Assembly: GCA_049472335.1 (NCBI GenBank)
Contig: JBLIRO010000005.1
Span: 37,708-101,707 of the forward strand
Reading direction: 5' to 3'
DNA length: 64,000 bases
Source of the DNA: a bacterium
Lineage (GTDB): Bacteria > SZUA-182 > DTGQ01 > JAFGSM01
The notes under the pieces are model-generated. The model was not told the DNA's origin, made no database searches, and was given only the letters and a program-made list of their open reading frames with translations. Position numbers and translations under genes: made by a program. This document shows, piece after piece, positions 30,935 to 40,542 of this stretch (position 1 is the stretch's first letter; each line of letters starts with the position of its first letter).

Positions 30935-31906
30935 ATGATTTGTCTGCAAAAGAATATTACAAAATCCCTGATTTTTCTTTTTTGTACTCTTTTTTTAATA
31001 TCCTGCCAAGGTATAGAGAAACCATACCAAACAGCCAGGACATCGGGATCTGAAAAGGACGTTTATCAACAGGCAATTTACAAAGCATCCAAATGGATAA
31101 ATAATCACCCTCCGACTTTTGAAGATGAAGGGGCTTTGGTCATTTTAGAGGAGATTATGGCCTTCTATGTTCTATGGAAAAACACGGATAATGCTTCACA
31201 AAAAAAGAAATATTACAATGAAGTCCAAAAAAGGATAAATTTGATTGCATTAAAAAAGGATTTTAATGCTCAACCCAAGGAACATACTTTGTTTTTAACA
31301 GTTACGATGATCACGGAAAAATTGCAAATTCACACTAATTTTAGAAAAATTATTGAAGAGCAGATCCTGACCAGTCCTTTCCTCTTTACTCAACATATAA
31401 CGAATACTATATGGGTTACCGTTTATCTAAACAGGCTGGGTTATCATCCCCTAATGGAACTGGATAGTTTAATGCCTCAAAGCAATCTTTATCAGGAGCT
31501 GCATCATAGATTGGTATATCAATACGTTTGCAGCCCGGTTAATCCCATCTATAAAGATACCACCACTCTCACTCTCTATCATATGACCCATGAAATATTT
31601 TCTTTGACCGATTTGGGCGAGCTTCCTTCTCCCCCTATCATTGAGAATAATAAGGCCTTTTTCTCAGAACTTTTTGAAAAATCCATTCAATGGACCATGG
31701 CTATAAACCATATCGATCTCCTGGGTGAATTGATCATGTGTGTAAAAATTCTTGATTTAAGAGATGTGCCATCCCTTCAACAGGGTATAGAATATATTCT
31801 CTCAAGTCAGGAAGATAATGGCACCTTTGGAATTACAAATCCCACCTTGCCCAATATATACCGGCATGGCATCCTCGTATCCATGATGACGCTTTCCATG
31901 GTGTAA
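30935..31906 (+). CDS. Putative lipoprotein with alpha-barrel/prenyltransferase-like C-terminal repeat
   Basis: Lipobox-like FLISC; LYHMTHEIF; YILSSQEDNGTFG. Confidence 0.6.
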   Translation: MICLQKNITKSLIFLFCTLFLISCQGIEKPYQTARTSGSEKDVYQQAIYKASKWINNHPPTFEDEGALVILEEIMAFYVLWKNTDNASQKKKYYNEVQKRINLIALKKDFNAQPKEHTLFLTVTMITEKLQIHTNFRKIIEEQILTSPFLFTQHITNTIWVTVYLNRLGYHPLMELDSLMPQSNLYQELHHRLVYQYVCSPVNPIYKDTTTLTLYHMTHEIFSLTDLGELPSPPIIENNKAFFSELFEKSIQWTMAINHIDLLGELIMCVKILDLRDVPSLQQGIEYILSSQEDNGTFGITNPTLPNIYRHGILVSMMTLSMV

Positions 31907-32009
31907 CCCAAATCTTGATGCAATCGTAAAAAGTCTAAAAAATTAATTAAAAAAATTGTTTGACTTATTCAAAAAGAATAAAATTTCTAAATATCAACTG
32001 ATATGCTGG

Positions 32010-32561
32010 CTATGCAAGCTTTAATTGCCTTTGAACATTCTTAAGACGTTCGTTGATTCTTAGCGTGCGATTGAATCGTTGCACGGTTATCGGATCACAT
32101 TTTTGCAGTAAATTTTCAAGATCTGATGAGCTCCTTAGGGTAAAAAATTCTTTATTCGGTGAAAAATATACCAGAACACATTTATTGCGCTGTAGAAGAT
32201 TAATGGCATTATTTAAAGTGCCCTTACTCTTGCCATCCCACAGCATAAATCCATAATCCGCTTGTTCACTCATTTCTTTATCTTTTGCTGCATAATAATT
32301 AAAATCTTTTTTATTCCTATTTAAATTGACACTCCTGGTCTTCCAATTTCCCAGATTATTTCGACAGGTATCACCCATGCAATAGACTATGACCTTCTTA
32401 TACCCTATTTGGGCTAGATATTTCTGAATAGCTCTATCAGCACCATTAGCGTCACCAATCAGCACTTCGAAACTTTTAGCAACCACATTATCAACACGTT
32501 TTCTGATTACTTGATTCAACTGGCTCAGCTTGCGAGAGCCACCAAAAAAAACCTTATTCAT
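32010..32561 (-). CDS. SLOG/DprA-like Rossmann-fold protein
   Basis: VFFGGSR, LIGDANGAD, WDGKSKGT. Confidence 0.65.
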   Translation of the reverse strand: MNKVFFGGSRKLSQLNQVIRKRVDNVVAKSFEVLIGDANGADRAIQKYLAQIGYKKVIVYCMGDTCRNNLGNWKTRSVNLNRNKKDFNYYAAKDKEMSEQADYGFMLWDGKSKGTLNNAINLLQRNKCVLVYFSPNKEFFTLRSSSDLENLLQKCDPITVQRFNRTLRINERLKNVQRQLKLA

Positions 32562-32670
32562 CGTTTCCTCCGGGTCATGGTCAATGCAAGAGTATATACA
32601 TCTTTGGCCTTCCCCTTTTCCTTCAAAAGTCTTGTGACCACATTGAGTGTTGCTCCAGAATATATAGTTA
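32558..32670 (-). pseudogene. C-terminal remnant of ComF-like phosphoribosyltransferase
   Basis: Minus frame reads IYSGATLNVVTRLLKEKGKAKDVYTLALTMTRRKR*, with TGA overlapping the SLOG ATG (ATGA); upstream part missing. Confidence 0.55.
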
Positions 32671-32750
32671 TTGAAAGGCTTTCGAATGAATTAAAAAATG
32701 AATTTAACTCTTTTTTTGATCCCTTCAAAAGGAATCTTCATACAAGATGT

Positions 32751-33162
32751 TTATTTTAAAAGAATTGTATATCCCATTTGCTCAAAATGATGATCATTAG
32801 TAAATACTTTCGTCAAGTTTAACTGACGCATTTTACCACAAATGAAGTACAATCTGTAAAAGAAAAATTTTTGTCATGATATTGCTTGAACAAAGCCCAT
32901 GCCTCATCTTCAATATCTTCGGTAATTTAGATAAGTTGAACAGCCTGTGATTTTCTAATTCTCTCGCCAAAATCTACAGACGCAAAGTGCCCCACTTTGG
33001 TTAATAAAACCGTATATGTTTCATCCAAAACAAAATTAGTAGTTACATAGCGATAACCGTTTTGCAGTAACTCTTTGTTTGTTTTCACAGATATGCTATG
33101 GAGCTTATCCCTTCTATTGTTAAAGCAATCCAACCATTAGCGTCTGCAAAAATTTGTTTCAT
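32751..33162 (-). pseudogene. Disrupted PIN/VapC toxin gene
   Basis: MKQIFADANGWIAL, frameshift into NRRDKLH..TTNFVLDETY, in-frame TAA at 32927, FSFTDCTSFVV, second frameshift to VFTNDHHFEQMG. Confidence 0.8.
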
Positions 33163-33404
33163 TTTGGATATTTTTCACCATAAAGATATTTATCAAGATT
33201 AATCGATAAATCTGCTGGTGCTTCGGAGCTATATCCTTCCATTTTAAAGACCGGATCTTGTGTTACATCAAAGGATTCATCGTTGTCAGGCAATCGTGTA
33301 ACCCATTCATAAATAAATACTTGTATAGACTTGCCCGCTAATTTTGCTGCTTTCTTTAAGCGTTGAAAATCATTCTCCTTTAACTTAATAGTTAGCTTTG
33401 TCAT
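33159..33404 (-). CDS. Ribbon-helix-helix-like antitoxin
   Basis: LTIKL..LKKAA..GKSI; C-terminal DLSINLDKYLYG; ATGA overlap with the PIN gene. Confidence 0.75.
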   Translation of the reverse strand: MTKLTIKLKENDFQRLKKAAKLAGKSIQVFIYEWVTRLPDNDESFDVTQDPVFKMEGYSSEAPADLSINLDKYLYGEKYPK

Positions 33405-33646
33405 ATTTACTTCCTAATATTTTATATTATGTTAATATTTGATCTTTTGACTCCAAGATAATTATTTTCAATATAATATAATACTATATAAAGCCTAATT
33501 ATTCAACTAAAGCCCAATAAACCTTTTTAAAATAATAAACTAACACCGTCCTCTTCTACATCCCATCAATAAAATATTTAGCGAGGTCTCCTTTTCCTTT
33601 CCCTTCTTCAACATTAAAATATTTGGGAAGAGCTGCAAAAGTGGAG

Positions 33647-36600
33647 TTAAGAGTTAATTGCCTTGTGCAATACAAATGTTCCATCACCAAAAAGTTGAAG
33701 AGCCCCCCATGCGCACGGATTATCATATGTCTTACTTACTTCTCTGGCGGCAGTGTATGCGGAATCACTAATACTCCCACCAGATGCAATGCTCGAAAGA
33801 AATGGTGGAAGCCACAGGACAGTTATATCGACATGAAGAGGCCATGGCGGAGCAATCACACATCTTACACCATTTCTTAGTAAATCAGCGACTAATCCAG
33901 TAGTCTCAGTAGATTTTGTTTCCTTATCGCTCCTGCCGGCATTGCACACGAAAAGAACGACGCAGCCACACCCTTCAAAGTACGACGCAAATTCCTTTCT
34001 TGAATACACCCTTGCTTCATCAGTTACCTTTCTGAACTGGTCATGCAACCCGACCCCACCGTGAGATACAACAATAACCAGTGCATTGTGTTCGAATCCG
34101 ATAGGGGAAGGACTCTCCACAACTTCAACTTGGTTGGCAAAAAGAACGGGCTCTAATCGATTGCGAATTAGATGAATTACGAAATCGGCCGATGCGGGTG
34201 AACCCAACCATGCCTTCTTTGCAAATTCTCCTGTCCATCCCTTTGACCTAGCCGAAATGAGCCATGGGATGGATGGTGCAACCGAAATTTTTAGATCTTC
34301 TCCCAAAAAAACATCATTCTTAAGAGTCAATGAAAACGGGAATCCGAATAGCTTGGCTTCTGGAACAACTGTCAAGTGTTCATGGGCCTTAAAAGGCCAC
34401 AAGGAAAGTCCCCTCACTGATTCTCGAACCTCCCCCTTTGATAGTTGTTCCTTATCCCATAGATTTGCTGGAGGCTCCCATCTTCCGTATCCACGCGGAT
34501 ATTGCTTCCGCCAAGATATAAAATTTTGTGGTGACCAGATATCTGATTCGAGACGTTCCAATTGGAAGCTACCATCAGAGTGTATTATGGCACGATACAA
34601 AATACCTTGATCATGCATGCAGAGTATCATCATAGCCTCATTGGACCCAAGGATATCCACAATTTGATCCAACGATATATTACCTAATGCACTAATAGAT
34701 TTTAGTGAAGATGGAGATATTGCTTGAACAACATTGTGTCCTTCAAGCAAACCGCCAGGAGACTTTTCTTCTGTTAACATGTGAAACCACCATCTCTGGA
34801 CCTTCAACATGTCAGACCATGAGCTGATATCTTCCGCATCAAGAGTTTTCAACGATAGTATTGGCTGTGATAAAAAAAATGATGCCAGGATAAACAGGTT
34901 GATATCTCCATGCTCCGTTGCTGACATCAATGCATTGTGCGCCAAAATAGTAATGTGTTTAATCTGATAGGATAAATCGCTCCAATTTAAAGCTTTAGCC
35001 GCTTTGGTCGCAACATCAATAATGTTTTGCCTCGTTGGATTGGTCATAAGTAAGGTGTCAACGATATTCTTTTGCCATATCTTTAGATCCTTAAGGTTAT
35101 TCTCAAATTTTTCTTTTAATTCATAAGGCAACTCTGCTCCGATTGTCTTTATAATTCTGTAGATGCTGGCTTGGAGAGTCACAAGTGGTGCTATTTCTTT
35201 AGGTTGATCCTCTTTGATTAAATGGTCAGCCCTGTTGAACAGCTCAATCAGCTTATCGACAGGAGTATCCCATCTTAGATTAGAGACTTGAATTGATAAT
35301 TCAACAGCATCTATTTGGTGAAGAAAATACCTTTCGGAACCTAGCTTCACCCTGATCATTCTCTCAACGGCAAGAGTCTCTAAAGCGTATTCTTCTAGCC
35401 CCAAATCACGGAGAATTCTTACAGCAATCCTATTGGAACTAGCTAAGAGATCATAATTTTGAGCTGGCCCGTTGTACAATAGGAAGCTCAAACTCAAATA
35501 TCTAAGAGCAACCATGATATTACCGGCTCTATGACATGCATCGCTATAGGATGCCCAAATTTGTGAGAGTCTCCATATGAACTGATCGGGATATTTTTTT
35601 GGAATTGTTAAAAGGCATGTTTCAGCTAAGTCACGTGCTGGCTGAGGGAAACCGGCGTTCATCATCGCAACAATTGCGCTTCTGAGGGCGATCAAATCAG
35701 AGCTATGATCATTTAGTTTCTGTGAAATAAGTACAATCATATGGAAAAGAAGTTTAAGAAGATTCAGATCGGAATCATCCTCTAACATTCTATTCCCGTA
35801 CTGAATCAGAATCAGTAATGATGTCAAAAGGTCAGTGGTAACAAGATCTTCGAGATGGAGCGGTAATTCACCATGACCGACTATTATCCCTCTGGTGGGG
35901 GGAATACTGTCAAGGAAATCTCTAAAGAATGATAACGATTCCTTTTCGGATAGAGAAGTACTGGCCGTTTCTGTTGGATTCCTTTCAAGTATCAACGTAG
36001 AAGTATTGTTTTTAAAAGATAAGCGCATCGACTCCAGGAGAATCTTCAGCAATATTACTTTTGAAGCAGGTTCCTCCAGGTCTGCTTCAAATAATTTATC
36101 AATCATAAATCGAACGTCGAGATCTTCAGGGTGATTTGCAACATAGTACATCAGTTTCTTCAGCTCTTCGATCTCATTTTCCGTTAACTCACTAGAATCG
36201 AGTAGTATCTCACGGAGAATTCGTATGCGGACCTTCATTGCGCCTGATATGAATGGGGAATCCAATTCAACCTTTGAGGCTAGTTCTCGTGCTAGCGGGT
36301 ACTCACTTCTACGTTCAGCCTCAAGAGCAGCAGCAAAATGTAATTCATCAATTCTCCCGACTTCAGCAGCATAATTAAGCAATTCTTCAAGATCAAGGCT
36401 GCTTTTGCTGAAGACAGTGCAAAGTTGTACATCAAATGAATCACCCAACTGTTTGGCAATTTTGCATGCGGACATAAAATCATGTTTGGCAAATAAATAG
36501 TCATAAAGATTCAATAAGGTAGTCTTATGATTTGGGTATTCTGTCTTCATGCGCTGGAAAATGACTTCTGCAACCTGACTTAGACGCAGCTTTCCGGCCA

Positions 36601-37648
36601 ATTGATAAACCGAATTGAGATCTTCAATTGATTGTAGACTCCCTTTAAGTGCCTTCTTCAGAAACATTTCACTCTCTGCCAGCATACCAGCAGCAAATGC
36701 AACTTGAGCGATAGCAAGAGATAATGCTCCAGTTGAATCGGTTAGATCATCAAGATACGGCTGTAAGACCTTCCAAGCGGAGGCAAATTCTCCATTGGCC
36801 AATAGCAATTGTGATGCCATTTGCGCTTGCTTTTTAGGGTCACTGATAAGCTTATTAGCCTCGGATAAGGCTGCATCAATACCATCAGCCTGAAGCTTTT
36901 GTAGAAGATCGGGAATGACATTGTTTACTGCAAGATCCTGTGGAATTGGTGCAGCAAAAACTATCAGGTCATCGTCTCTTTGTAGGTCCTTAGGAAGGTC
37001 ACTTATTTCTGGGCCATACTCTTCACAAAACAAAGTGACAAACAGGCTTTTCTTCCTGGCAAAGTCAAGGATCTCCCTTATCATCTTGACCATATGGGGT
37101 AAGTATCTTCGTTCCTTAGTGACCCACCTATATTGGACACCAGACCATGTTGTAATTGAGCCGAATACCTCCTCTTCAATATCAGCGAAGCGATACAAAT
37201 GTGCGCATGATACCGAAACTGCTGTCCCATTAGGGATATTGCCTATCTCCCGTATCAGTATTGTTCCATCCAAGGATCCCAGTTCCCGTGCTGACAACAA
37301 ACTTGCTAAGTGGTCAGCTTGATACGTATCATATCCAATTTCGGCAGCTTGTTTCTTCAATGCCACTCGGATGTTTTCTAGAACATGCCGACTTCCGAGC
37401 CTTCTAGGAACAATGTGCTGAATATCTTTAAAAAGTAAGTTATTCTCCTTATCGACGGCGTGAGAGATGAGCAAGTGCCATCCTGCAACATCATTATCTA
37501 ATGGTCTTTCGTTACCGAAAAAAACCACAACAGTATCAGGCATCAAAATTGGGCCACTTTGAAAGAGTTTCTTCCATGCTTCAGGCCGCCCATCGAAAGC
37601 GATGTCTTTGTATTCCCTTTCTGCCTTAGGATTGCCGCGAGAATCCAT
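33647..37648 (-). CDS. Large helical-repeat (TPR-like) protein with C-terminal CHAT (caspase-like) protease domain
   Basis: VVSHGG and VLFVCNAG candidate His/Cys dyad, VIAPPWP, WGALQLFG; long helical N-terminal region. Confidence 0.75.
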   Translation of the reverse strand: MDSRGNPKAEREYKDIAFDGRPEAWKKLFQSGPILMPDTVVVFFGNERPLDNDVAGWHLLISHAVDKENNLLFKDIQHIVPRRLGSRHVLENIRVALKKQAAEIGYDTYQADHLASLLSARELGSLDGTILIREIGNIPNGTAVSVSCAHLYRFADIEEEVFGSITTWSGVQYRWVTKERRYLPHMVKMIREILDFARKKSLFVTLFCEEYGPEISDLPKDLQRDDDLIVFAAPIPQDLAVNNVIPDLLQKLQADGIDAALSEANKLISDPKKQAQMASQLLLANGEFASAWKVLQPYLDDLTDSTGALSLAIAQVAFAAGMLAESEMFLKKALKGSLQSIEDLNSVYQLAGKLRLSQVAEVIFQRMKTEYPNHKTTLLNLYDYLFAKHDFMSACKIAKQLGDSFDVQLCTVFSKSSLDLEELLNYAAEVGRIDELHFAAALEAERRSEYPLARELASKVELDSPFISGAMKVRIRILREILLDSSELTENEIEELKKLMYYVANHPEDLDVRFMIDKLFEADLEEPASKVILLKILLESMRLSFKNNTSTLILERNPTETASTSLSEKESLSFFRDFLDSIPPTRGIIVGHGELPLHLEDLVTTDLLTSLLILIQYGNRMLEDDSDLNLLKLLFHMIVLISQKLNDHSSDLIALRSAIVAMMNAGFPQPARDLAETCLLTIPKKYPDQFIWRLSQIWASYSDACHRAGNIMVALRYLSLSFLLYNGPAQNYDLLASSNRIAVRILRDLGLEEYALETLAVERMIRVKLGSERYFLHQIDAVELSIQVSNLRWDTPVDKLIELFNRADHLIKEDQPKEIAPLVTLQASIYRIIKTIGAELPYELKEKFENNLKDLKIWQKNIVDTLLMTNPTRQNIIDVATKAAKALNWSDLSYQIKHITILAHNALMSATEHGDINLFILASFFLSQPILSLKTLDAEDISSWSDMLKVQRWWFHMLTEEKSPGGLLEGHNVVQAISPSSLKSISALGNISLDQIVDILGSNEAMMILCMHDQGILYRAIIHSDGSFQLERLESDIWSPQNFISWRKQYPRGYGRWEPPANLWDKEQLSKGEVRESVRGLSLWPFKAHEHLTVVPEAKLFGFPFSLTLKNDVFLGEDLKISVAPSIPWLISARSKGWTGEFAKKAWLGSPASADFVIHLIRNRLEPVLFANQVEVVESPSPIGFEHNALVIVVSHGGVGLHDQFRKVTDEARVYSRKEFASYFEGCGCVVLFVCNAGRSDKETKSTETTGLVADLLRNGVRCVIAPPWPLHVDITVLWLPPFLSSIASGGSISDSAYTAAREVSKTYDNPCAWGALQLFGDGTFVLHKAINS

Positions 37649-37849
37649 ACAACTCCTTTGCTATATTTCCATGTCGGCTGTTTCTCCCAGCCGACATAGG
37701 GCTAAGACTGTAATCTAAAGAAAAGATCAAGATGCTATTAAACTCCAATCTATATTCATAACCCTTACACCCTTTTAGTTTTAATCCCTCAGAGGTAAAG
37801 ATATACCCTTTAAAATCCTATTTCAACTATAACTGAGTAGGACCCAAAA

Positions 37850-38062
37850 AGCAGATCATACATTTTTTCAAAAAAGGGAGCGAAATGAATAGATAAAGAA
37901 TAGGGGCTGTACTATGTCAATTTTGTTTTCTTATATTACAGCGATAAAGCATAGATCTTATCCCAAGCAAATTGAATGCTTTATCTAACTCCAAATCCAC
38001 ATTTAATGTGCAATTCTCCAACCTCTTTTGCAAAGAGAGAGAAAAGATGTATTGTAGCTCAT
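37850..38062 (-). mobile_element. Degenerate IS4-like transposase 5' remnant
   Basis: Broken frames reading AFNLLGIRSMLYRCNIRKQN*HSTAPILYLFISLPFLKK; RBS/ATG lie in a GGCAGCTCC...GGAGCTGCC inverted repeat. Confidence 0.4.
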
Positions 38063-38175
38063 GGCAGCTCCTTTCTTTAGTGTTTATAATTACTTAGAGA
38101 AAAAAAGTATATTAAATTTGGAGCTGCCTTTCAATTTAAAAGGCAAATATTTTCAATATATTAATTGCGCTTTGT

Positions 38176-38336
38176 GTAACTATTCAGAAACCGTGTGGTT
38201 TTAGAGCAGTTAATGAAAATTGAAAAATGCAAAATGAAAGATGAAAATTTAAGGAATAAATTATTTTGCATTTTAAAATTTGCAATTTGCATTTTGCAAT
38301 TCTTCTCAAGATCCCACCGGAATTTTGAGAAGTTAC
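38176..38336. mobile_element. MITE-like element with 8-bp target site duplication
   Basis: Termini GTAACTATTCA...TGAGAAGTTAC; CGCTTTGT at 38168-38175 and 38337-38344; internal inverted heptamer arrays. Confidence 0.7.
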
Positions 38337-38444
38337 CGCTTTGTCACCTCAAATTTAACTGTGAAACTTGATTAATAAACTAACTCCGTCCCCTTTAATC
38401 TCTATACTAATCAAGAAAGAATAGATTCTCAGATAAAAATAGAA

Positions 38445-38894
38445 TCAATTGATCTCTGCGAATACTGCATCTATGACATGGGGAAGTTTTGATTCAATCT
38501 CCGGGGTAAGGTCTATGCTGCAGGATATCTCTTTTGGCTCTATACCTATGATGATGACCTCTCCATGCCCTCCAAGGTGTTTTGCCATCCCGAGCACATC
38601 CAGAAGATCCACCTCATGCAAAGAAAGGGACCTTTTTTCGTCCCGCATGATTTCTTCCGGGGTAACCCTATAGATGGTACCGGGTTCTCCTCCACCCTTG
38701 ATGGCATCTATGACAATTATCCTATCGAAATCCTGGAAAACTCCAAGCAATTTCATCGTATCCGTGCCGCCATCGATTACTTCAAGCCCTGATGGCAGAT
38801 CCATTGTCTCCAGTCTTTTTACCGCATGAACACCAACGCCTTCATCCTTGAGGATGAGATTGCCAATACCTATTACTACTGTTTTTTTATCCAT
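38445..38894 (-). CDS. Hydrogenase maturation protease (HyaD/HybD family)
   Basis: GIGNLILKDEGVG, IDGGT, VIDAI, SLHE. Confidence 0.95.
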   Translation of the reverse strand: MDKKTVVIGIGNLILKDEGVGVHAVKRLETMDLPSGLEVIDGGTDTMKLLGVFQDFDRIIVIDAIKGGGEPGTIYRVTPEEIMRDEKRSLSLHEVDLLDVLGMAKHLGGHGEVIIIGIEPKEISCSIDLTPEIESKLPHVIDAVFAEIN

Positions 38895-38947
38895 AAACCA
38901 TTCCTGTTAAATTCGTTAAAAGTCATTGGAGGAGTCATTGGCATTTT

Positions 38948-39826
38948 CTAGGATAAGCCCGCAAGCCGGAGGATTTCCGGAACCTTTTCCTCCCAGCCTA
39001 TGGCCATAATATGAACCCCCTGGCAGAGGTCTTTTAGATCGTTTATAAGCCTGGCGGCCATATTCAACCCTGTTGCTTCCTTATCTTCAGCATTGGCCAT
39101 CTCTTCGATGAGGTGATCCGGAACGAATATGCCTGCGACATTCTTGTTCATGTATTTTGCCATACCTGCAGATTTTAAAGGTATGATTCCGGCAAGCACA
39201 GGGACTCCGAATTTCTCCACCCTTTTCATAAACCTTTCAAACACATCCACATCATAGATGGCCTGAGTCTGGAAAAACCTGGCGCCTGCCTCGATCTTTT
39301 TTTCCATCTTCATAATCTGCAGCTCAAGACCTTCCTCTGTGTCCTTGACAGGTGTAACAACAGCACCTATAAAGAAATCCGTATTCCCCTGAAGCTCAGT
39401 GCCTGAGAGGTCATATCCCTCGTTCATTCTTTTTATGGTCCATACAAGCTGAACTGGGTCAATATCATAGACATCCTTTGCATCAGGATGATCTCCGAAT
39501 GTGGGAAAATCACCTGTAATGGCCAGGATATTTTTTATGCCGAGCACATGAGCGCTCAGCAGGTCTGATTGCAAAGCGATTCTGTTTCTGTCCCTGCATG
39601 TCATCTGGAATATGGGGTCCAGACCTTCCTTAACGAGTAAGGAGGATGCGGCAAGCGATCCCAGCCTCATTACTGCGCTTTGCTGATCGGTGACGTTTGC
39701 GGCATCTATCTTTCCCCGGAGTAATTCAGCCAACTCAAGAAGCTCTGATGTATCCGTTCCCTTAAGAGGGCCCATCTCCGATGTAACAGTGAATTTCCCT
39801 TTCTCTAGTGCCTCTTTTAGAGCCAT
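38948..39826 (-). CDS. metF: Methylenetetrahydrofolate reductase
   Basis: NVTDQ, TCRDRNRIALQSDL, ITGD, KKIEAGARFFQTQ, GVHIM. Confidence 0.92.
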   Translation of the reverse strand: MALKEALEKGKFTVTSEMGPLKGTDTSELLELAELLRGKIDAANVTDQQSAVMRLGSLAASSLLVKEGLDPIFQMTCRDRNRIALQSDLLSAHVLGIKNILAITGDFPTFGDHPDAKDVYDIDPVQLVWTIKRMNEGYDLSGTELQGNTDFFIGAVVTPVKDTEEGLELQIMKMEKKIEAGARFFQTQAIYDVDVFERFMKRVEKFGVPVLAGIIPLKSAGMAKYMNKNVAGIFVPDHLIEEMANAEDKEATGLNMAARLINDLKDLCQGVHIMAIGWEEKVPEILRLAGLS

Positions 39827-39847
39827 TTGCCTTTGCCCCCCCTTCTT

Positions 39848-40525
39848 TTAATTATTATCCTTATTCTCCAAGGCCCATACAGATGTAGCTATCAAATCCC
39901 ATCTCGGTCTCATTCTATTATATGTCTTTGGAGGTATGTATGTTTTCAATTTATCAATCTCCCCCAAATCCCTCAGCCTTGCGTAAATCAACTCCCACCC
40001 GCAAGGCTTATCCCTGGAGACCTCGCATTTTCCTTCAGAGGATCCGCCGCAGGCCCCATTGATCAATCTCTTTGAGCAGGCTGTCATGGGACAGATACCA
40101 CCCGTGTAATCAAGCAGACAATCCCCGCATTCCAGACATCTCTCCTCACCTCTCCATTCACCGCGGCTACCACCGAGCGAAATAGTATTGCATGCGGGGT
40201 GCACCCTCTTTTTTACCATTGCAGCAACAGACTGTACACCTATCCCGCAGGTCATAACCAGTAAGGAGTCCGCCTCCATCACCTTTCCTTCAAGAGGACG
40301 CAGGCGCGATGCCACGAGGGCCTTTTGGCACAGGAAGTCTATCACAGAGTATCCGGTTATCCCTTTCCCGGCACCTTCAAGTTTCCCCTTCATATCGAGG
40401 ACCTGAGGCATCCCCCCTGTCCCGCTTGCTTGAGCGCATCCATCACATCCCAAGATAAAAATCTTGTTATCGTCTTTAAGATAACCCAGTATTTCTTCAA
40501 CGGGTTTCTGTTCTGACTTTATCAT
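39848..40525 (-). CDS. metV: MTHFR small Fe-S/Zn subunit MetV
   Basis: GCDGCAQ, CGIGVQ, CLECGDC..GGICP..CSKRLINGACGG, CGW. Confidence 0.88.
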   Translation of the reverse strand: MIKSEQKPVEEILGYLKDDNKIFILGCDGCAQASGTGGMPQVLDMKGKLEGAGKGITGYSVIDFLCQKALVASRLRPLEGKVMEADSLLVMTCGIGVQSVAAMVKKRVHPACNTISLGGSRGEWRGEERCLECGDCLLDYTGGICPMTACSKRLINGACGGSSEGKCEVSRDKPCGWELIYARLRDLGEIDKLKTYIPPKTYNRMRPRWDLIATSVWALENKDNN

Positions 40526-40542
40526 CGATTTCCTCCTCGTTT

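Noticed and set aside
30225..30938. Short ORFs 30225-30485 and 30753-30938
   Set aside because: AT-rich, with no recognisable motifs or convincing RBS; likely non-coding or decayed DNA.
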